Source of the DNA: Candidatus Latescibacterota bacterium
Lineage (GTDB): Bacteria > Latescibacterota > UBA2968 > SICM01
Direction: 5' to 3'
DNA: 64,000 nucleotides
NCBI GenBank assembly: GCA_965217865.1
Contig: CBDCJO010000001.1
Coordinates: forward strand, 96,001-160,000
The notes under the pieces: model-generated
Seen by the model: only the letters and a program-made list of their open reading frames with translations
Database searches by the model: none
What the model was told of the DNA's origin: nothing
In this document: piece after piece, positions 60,626-64,000 of the stretch
Numbering within the stretch: position 1 is the stretch's first letter
Layout of the letters: every line of letters begins with the position of its first letter
Translations under genes and position numbers: made by a program

Positions 60626-61513
60626 TTACCTCCAACCATGAAAACGAATCCGATCCGTTTTCATGGCGTTCGCCCGGTTCAGGGTGATCCCAACCGATTG
60701 TCCAAATCCGTCATCAGGCGCTCCATCCCCCGTCAGTCTGACCTCCCGGGGCCAATTCGCCCCATCGTAACCGAAGATATAGGCAGAACCCGCGGGATCA
60801 GGACCACCAAGATTGTCGTGCGCACCAACGATAGCCTGGTCCCCGCTGATCGAAACGGAATAGCCGAACTGGTCGAAAAAACCCGCGTCAGGGCCTGCAC
60901 TCAGTTTGGCCTCTCGGTCCCAGGTAGTCCCGTTGCGACGGAAGATGAAGGCCGAACCGGAGTTAAAACCCTGATCGTCATCTCCCGTAACCCCCACGAT
61001 GGCAGCGTCCCCGCTGATCGAAACGGAAAAGCCGAATGCGTCCGCGGGACCCTGGTCCGGATTCCCGAATTCGTCGACCGAGATCAACTTGGCTTCCTCG
61101 GTCCAGCTCGTCGTCCCGGTCCGGCGAAAAATATAGGCAGCACCGGTGCCGCCCAGAGCCGGCGTGTCGGCTGCCCAAGCCCCCACGATGGCGTAGTCCC
61201 CGCTGATGGAGACCGAAGATCCGAAGACATCGGATCCTGCGCCATCCGTGGCCGTCAGCTTCTCCTCCTGGATCCAGTTGGCCCCGAAACGGTGAAAGAT
61301 ATAGGCCGCCCCTTCGTTCGGAAAGGTATCGTCATCTCCCTCGGCCCCTATGATGGCGTAGTCCCCGCTGATCGATACTGACTTTCCAAAATTGTCAAGG
61401 GCTGCCCCGTCCCCGGCAGTGACCTTGAATTCGGGAGGCTGAGCAAAACCCTCCTGTAAGAAAAAGCATAGCCCCGGGATCAACAGGGCAAGAAATAGGT
61501 GTGATCTTCGCAT
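60626..61513 (-). pseudogene. Secreted FG-GAP repeat protein, 3'-truncated
   Basis: GGAGG SD, signal peptide, four full repeats (D.FG.SVSISGD.AIVG...G.AYIF.R.G..W) and a fifth that breaks off after FGQSVGITLNRA. Confidence 0.75.
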
Positions 61514-61754
61514 GACGACCTCCATATATCTTATCAGCAGGTTAGATAACCCACATGGGTCCCTTAAAAGGCCCCTTAAAATTTGAATAAAGAAAAAGGG
61601 CTCAATCATTATTTCCGATCTATGGACAGAGGTCCAGCCGGAAAACCATTGAGCCCCGACTTCAACGGATCAACAGATAATTCACTCAGAATTGAACCGA
61701 TCTGGTTTCCTGAAATCTACTATCTAAAGGGTATGACTTAATCATAAAAAAATA

Positions 61755-61770
61755 TGTGACGTGGATCACA
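61755..61770. promoter_or_regulatory. CRP-type binding site
   Basis: Perfect TGTGA-N6-TCACA in an AT-rich intergenic region, about 240 bp upstream of the FG-GAP gene. Confidence 0.7.
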
Positions 61771-61885
61771 CTTCATTGAATCCTGGAAACTTATCAGCCG
61801 TTTCAACAGAATGATTTTATTGAACTTCTCGAAAGGAGTTCGTTACCGTCCCTGCAATAACGTGTTCTAAATCATCTAAACAAAT

Positions 61886-62674
61886 TTATAGGGACTCGGC
61901 CCGCTTCGATGGCCTCCTTTTTTGGAGCATTCTAAAGATCCAGTAGCCCGCGACAGCAGCGAACAGATGCTTGAGGGTATGACCGCTCACGACCTGGCCC
62001 AGGTCCAGAATTTCCCTATCCAGTACCTCGAAGACCTTCGCTGCCCCATAAAACCCCGCAGCCCCAAGTAGATCCCATCCCCGAGTGTATTTTGTCTGGA
62101 AGAACATGGCCAAGAGTGGAACAAGAAGAACTGGATACACCTGCAGGAGAAGGTAAATTCGCATGTCGCCGGCTCCCTGAACCTCACTCCAGTACCAGTA
62201 AACCACGCTTCCCATACCGAACATCATCAATACTAGGAGCGAAACCAGGCCGGCTTTGGCCCCGATCCGTTCAGCGATGATCGCAGCAGTAAATGATGTG
62301 AAGATAAGCGACAGGGGTAACCGATCCCAAACCAGTCGGGCGTTGTCCGGGGCCAGGTGATAATATGTCGATCCAAAGCTCGTGAGCGTTATCCCGAAGA
62401 AAAAAACAAGATAAGGCAGTCGCTCGTACGGTTCGATAAAAAAAGGAGAGGGGTGACCCTTACCAGCCTTCGGCAGGGAAACCAGGCCCAGGGAACCGAC
62501 AAGCAAAAGGGGGAAATTGGAAATGACATCCAGGAAGTTTGAAATTCCTAACCAGGTTCGCTGATCTGCAAACAGATGATAGGCGGGTTTTTGTGGAATT
62601 GGGGGCAGAAAAAACGTTGCCCCGATGACCCCGAAAGTGAGACCCCCTATTATCAGGTACCGAGGCGCGGTCAT
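61886..62674 (-). CDS. Ceramidase-like (CREST superfamily) membrane protein
   Basis: YHLFADQR, SN.P, GS.YYH.APDN..LVWDRLP, D......SGHTLKH; about 7 TMs. Confidence 0.85.
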   Translation of the reverse strand: MTAPRYLIIGGLTFGVIGATFFLPPIPQKPAYHLFADQRTWLGISNFLDVISNFPLLLVGSLGLVSLPKAGKGHPSPFFIEPYERLPYLVFFFGITLTSFGSTYYHLAPDNARLVWDRLPLSLIFTSFTAAIIAERIGAKAGLVSLLVLMMFGMGSVVYWYWSEVQGAGDMRIYLLLQVYPVLLVPLLAMFFQTKYTRGWDLLGAAGFYGAAKVFEVLDREILDLGQVVSGHTLKHLFAAVAGYWIFRMLQKRRPSKRAESL

Positions 62675-62821
62675 AGGTTCGAATCCTCCTTCATCCGGTT
62701 CTCACGAAAAGGAATCTCGAATGGACATAGAAACGCCGCACCTTGTTGAAGATGCGGCCTGTTACGATCCCAACGAGATCCTTCCCCGGGAGGGCCGATA
62801 GCTATCCATTATAAATTCCCT

Positions 62822-63934
62822 TCACCCCCCCGTCCGCTTCAGCTCGAGCCAGAAAGTGCTTCCTTTTCCCTCTTCGCTGTCCACGTCGATCTTTCCCCCG
62901 TGGGCTTCAACCGCAAGCTTACAGTAGGCCAGGCCCAGGCCCGTAGAATACTTGTGTCCTGTTTGTCGGCTCTCCACCTGACCGAACTTCTCGAAGATAC
63001 GGCCTTTGTACTCGGGGGGGATGCCGGGCCCCTCATCGTGCACCGAGATACGCACAAGCCCGTTATCAGCTCGAGCGGAAATCGTAATTCGCCCTTCTAT
63101 CGGAGAAAACGAGATGGCATTCCCCAGGATGTTCACCATGATTCGGCGCAAACATTCCCTGTCCGCCTGTAAACCCGGCAAGTCGTCCGGAAAGCGAACA
63201 TCGACCTTCAGTTTTCTCCGTTCCAGGAGGGAACGCATCCCAAGCTCCACCTCCGAGACCACACCTCCAAGCTCAACATCCCCCAAATTCAGCTGCATCT
63301 CCCCTGCCTCGAGCTTGGCAAGATCCAGCATCGCGGTGATCATGTCCATCAAGGTTTGACCGCTCCTGCTGATTACTCGGAGATACTGTTGCGCGTCCTG
63401 GTCCTCAGAGACATGGCCCCCCATCTCCATCAATTCAAGATATCCCAACATGGCGCCAAGGGGATTGCGAAGATCGTGTACGATCATCTGGGTCAGGGCC
63501 TGGCGCATCGCATCCAGCTTGCGCAGTTCCTCATATCGCTCCTGAAGCTCATCGTGAAGCGTCTTGACGCGCAGAAGGGATTTGACGCGAGCTCGAAGCT
63601 CATCAGGGTCCACGGGCTTGTTGATGAAGTCATCAGCGCCGACTTCGATTCCCGAGACCTTCGAATCGCGATCCGCCAGGGCCGTCACAAGTACGACCGG
63701 GATGAACTGTGTCCTGGCTTCCGACTTGAGTTGCCGACAAACCTCGAAACCGGAGATGTCCGGCATCATCACATCGAGCAGGATGATATCGGGCGGATCT
63801 GCATCGATTTTTTTTAGGGCCTCGTTCCCACCCTCAGCACGCTCCAGAACATACTGAAGAGGAGCCAGGATGCCTTCCAGGACCCGGAGGTTACGCGGCT
63901 CGTCGTCCACGATCAATACCTTAGGCTTTTCCAA
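62822..63934 (-). CDS. Hybrid response regulator/histidine kinase
   Basis: Receiver (VDDE, LLDVMMP, KP), HDLRNPL H-box, N/G1/G2 boxes (NA, DEGPGI, GLGL). Confidence 0.93.
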   Translation of the reverse strand: MEKPKVLIVDDEPRNLRVLEGILAPLQYVLERAEGGNEALKKIDADPPDIILLDVMMPDISGFEVCRQLKSEARTQFIPVVLVTALADRDSKVSGIEVGADDFINKPVDPDELRARVKSLLRVKTLHDELQERYEELRKLDAMRQALTQMIVHDLRNPLGAMLGYLELMEMGGHVSEDQDAQQYLRVISRSGQTLMDMITAMLDLAKLEAGEMQLNLGDVELGGVVSEVELGMRSLLERRKLKVDVRFPDDLPGLQADRECLRRIMVNILGNAISFSPIEGRITISARADNGLVRISVHDEGPGIPPEYKGRIFEKFGQVESRQTGHKYSTGLGLAYCKLAVEAHGGKIDVDSEEGKGSTFWLELKRTGG

Positions 63935-64000
63935 GGCGATTCCCCATTTTAAGGTCTCATCTTGTAACCAACCTAATCATTCACGTTCATATATTGGATA

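Larger units (their letters stand above)
58343..60674 (+). mobile_element. Minimal integrative element (integrase + one ORF)
   Basis: Opposite-strand two-gene insert between two truncated surface-protein ORFs; CGCC at both junctions; palindrome and terminator at the right end. Confidence 0.6.

Noticed and set aside
62668-62687. tRNA 3' fragment (GGTCATAGGTTCGAATCCT) as integrase att site
   Set aside because: Only a 3-bp T stem, no acceptor stem, and it coincides with the start codon and SD of the opposite-strand gene

Overview
GC-rich bacterial chromosomal segment. An FCB-group organism, probably Latescibacterota/Handelsmanbacteria-like, is inferred from secreted proteins ending in DFDGxGxVxxxDFFLFAxAFG dockerin/EF-hand-like tails or FlgD-Ig-type tails and from a [10 protein letters not shown] MurA. 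Most of the window is housekeeping: epmA-like, rlmN, murA, cca, metB, thrC, a long MoxR/DUF58/Gld-type ABC/Bat operon, queE, tRNA-Arg(TCG), ptsN-like, ftsH, an Omp85 protein and obgE. The best leads are: (1) a GT2 glycosyltransferase resembling the animal queuosine-tRNA galactosyltransferase QTGAL/B3GNTL1, directly upstream of queE; (2) a 2.3-kb two-gene tyrosine-integrase element between an FG-GAP gene stub and a HYR-repeat gene stub, whose removal at a shared CGCC would join them in frame, downstream of a perfect CRP box and a leader hairpin; (3) plant-type thrC and metB with a SAM-II riboswitch acting through a terminator; (4) an EpmA retaining a LysRS-like N-terminal domain; (5) intergenic DNA built from heptamer tandem repeats, a four-copy MITE-like element and several REP families. 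Also present: an IS1182-family element, a tandem duplication of an NHL/Ig surface-protein gene with one copy disrupted, and several small ORFs. All calls come from motif recognition by eye; no searches were run.
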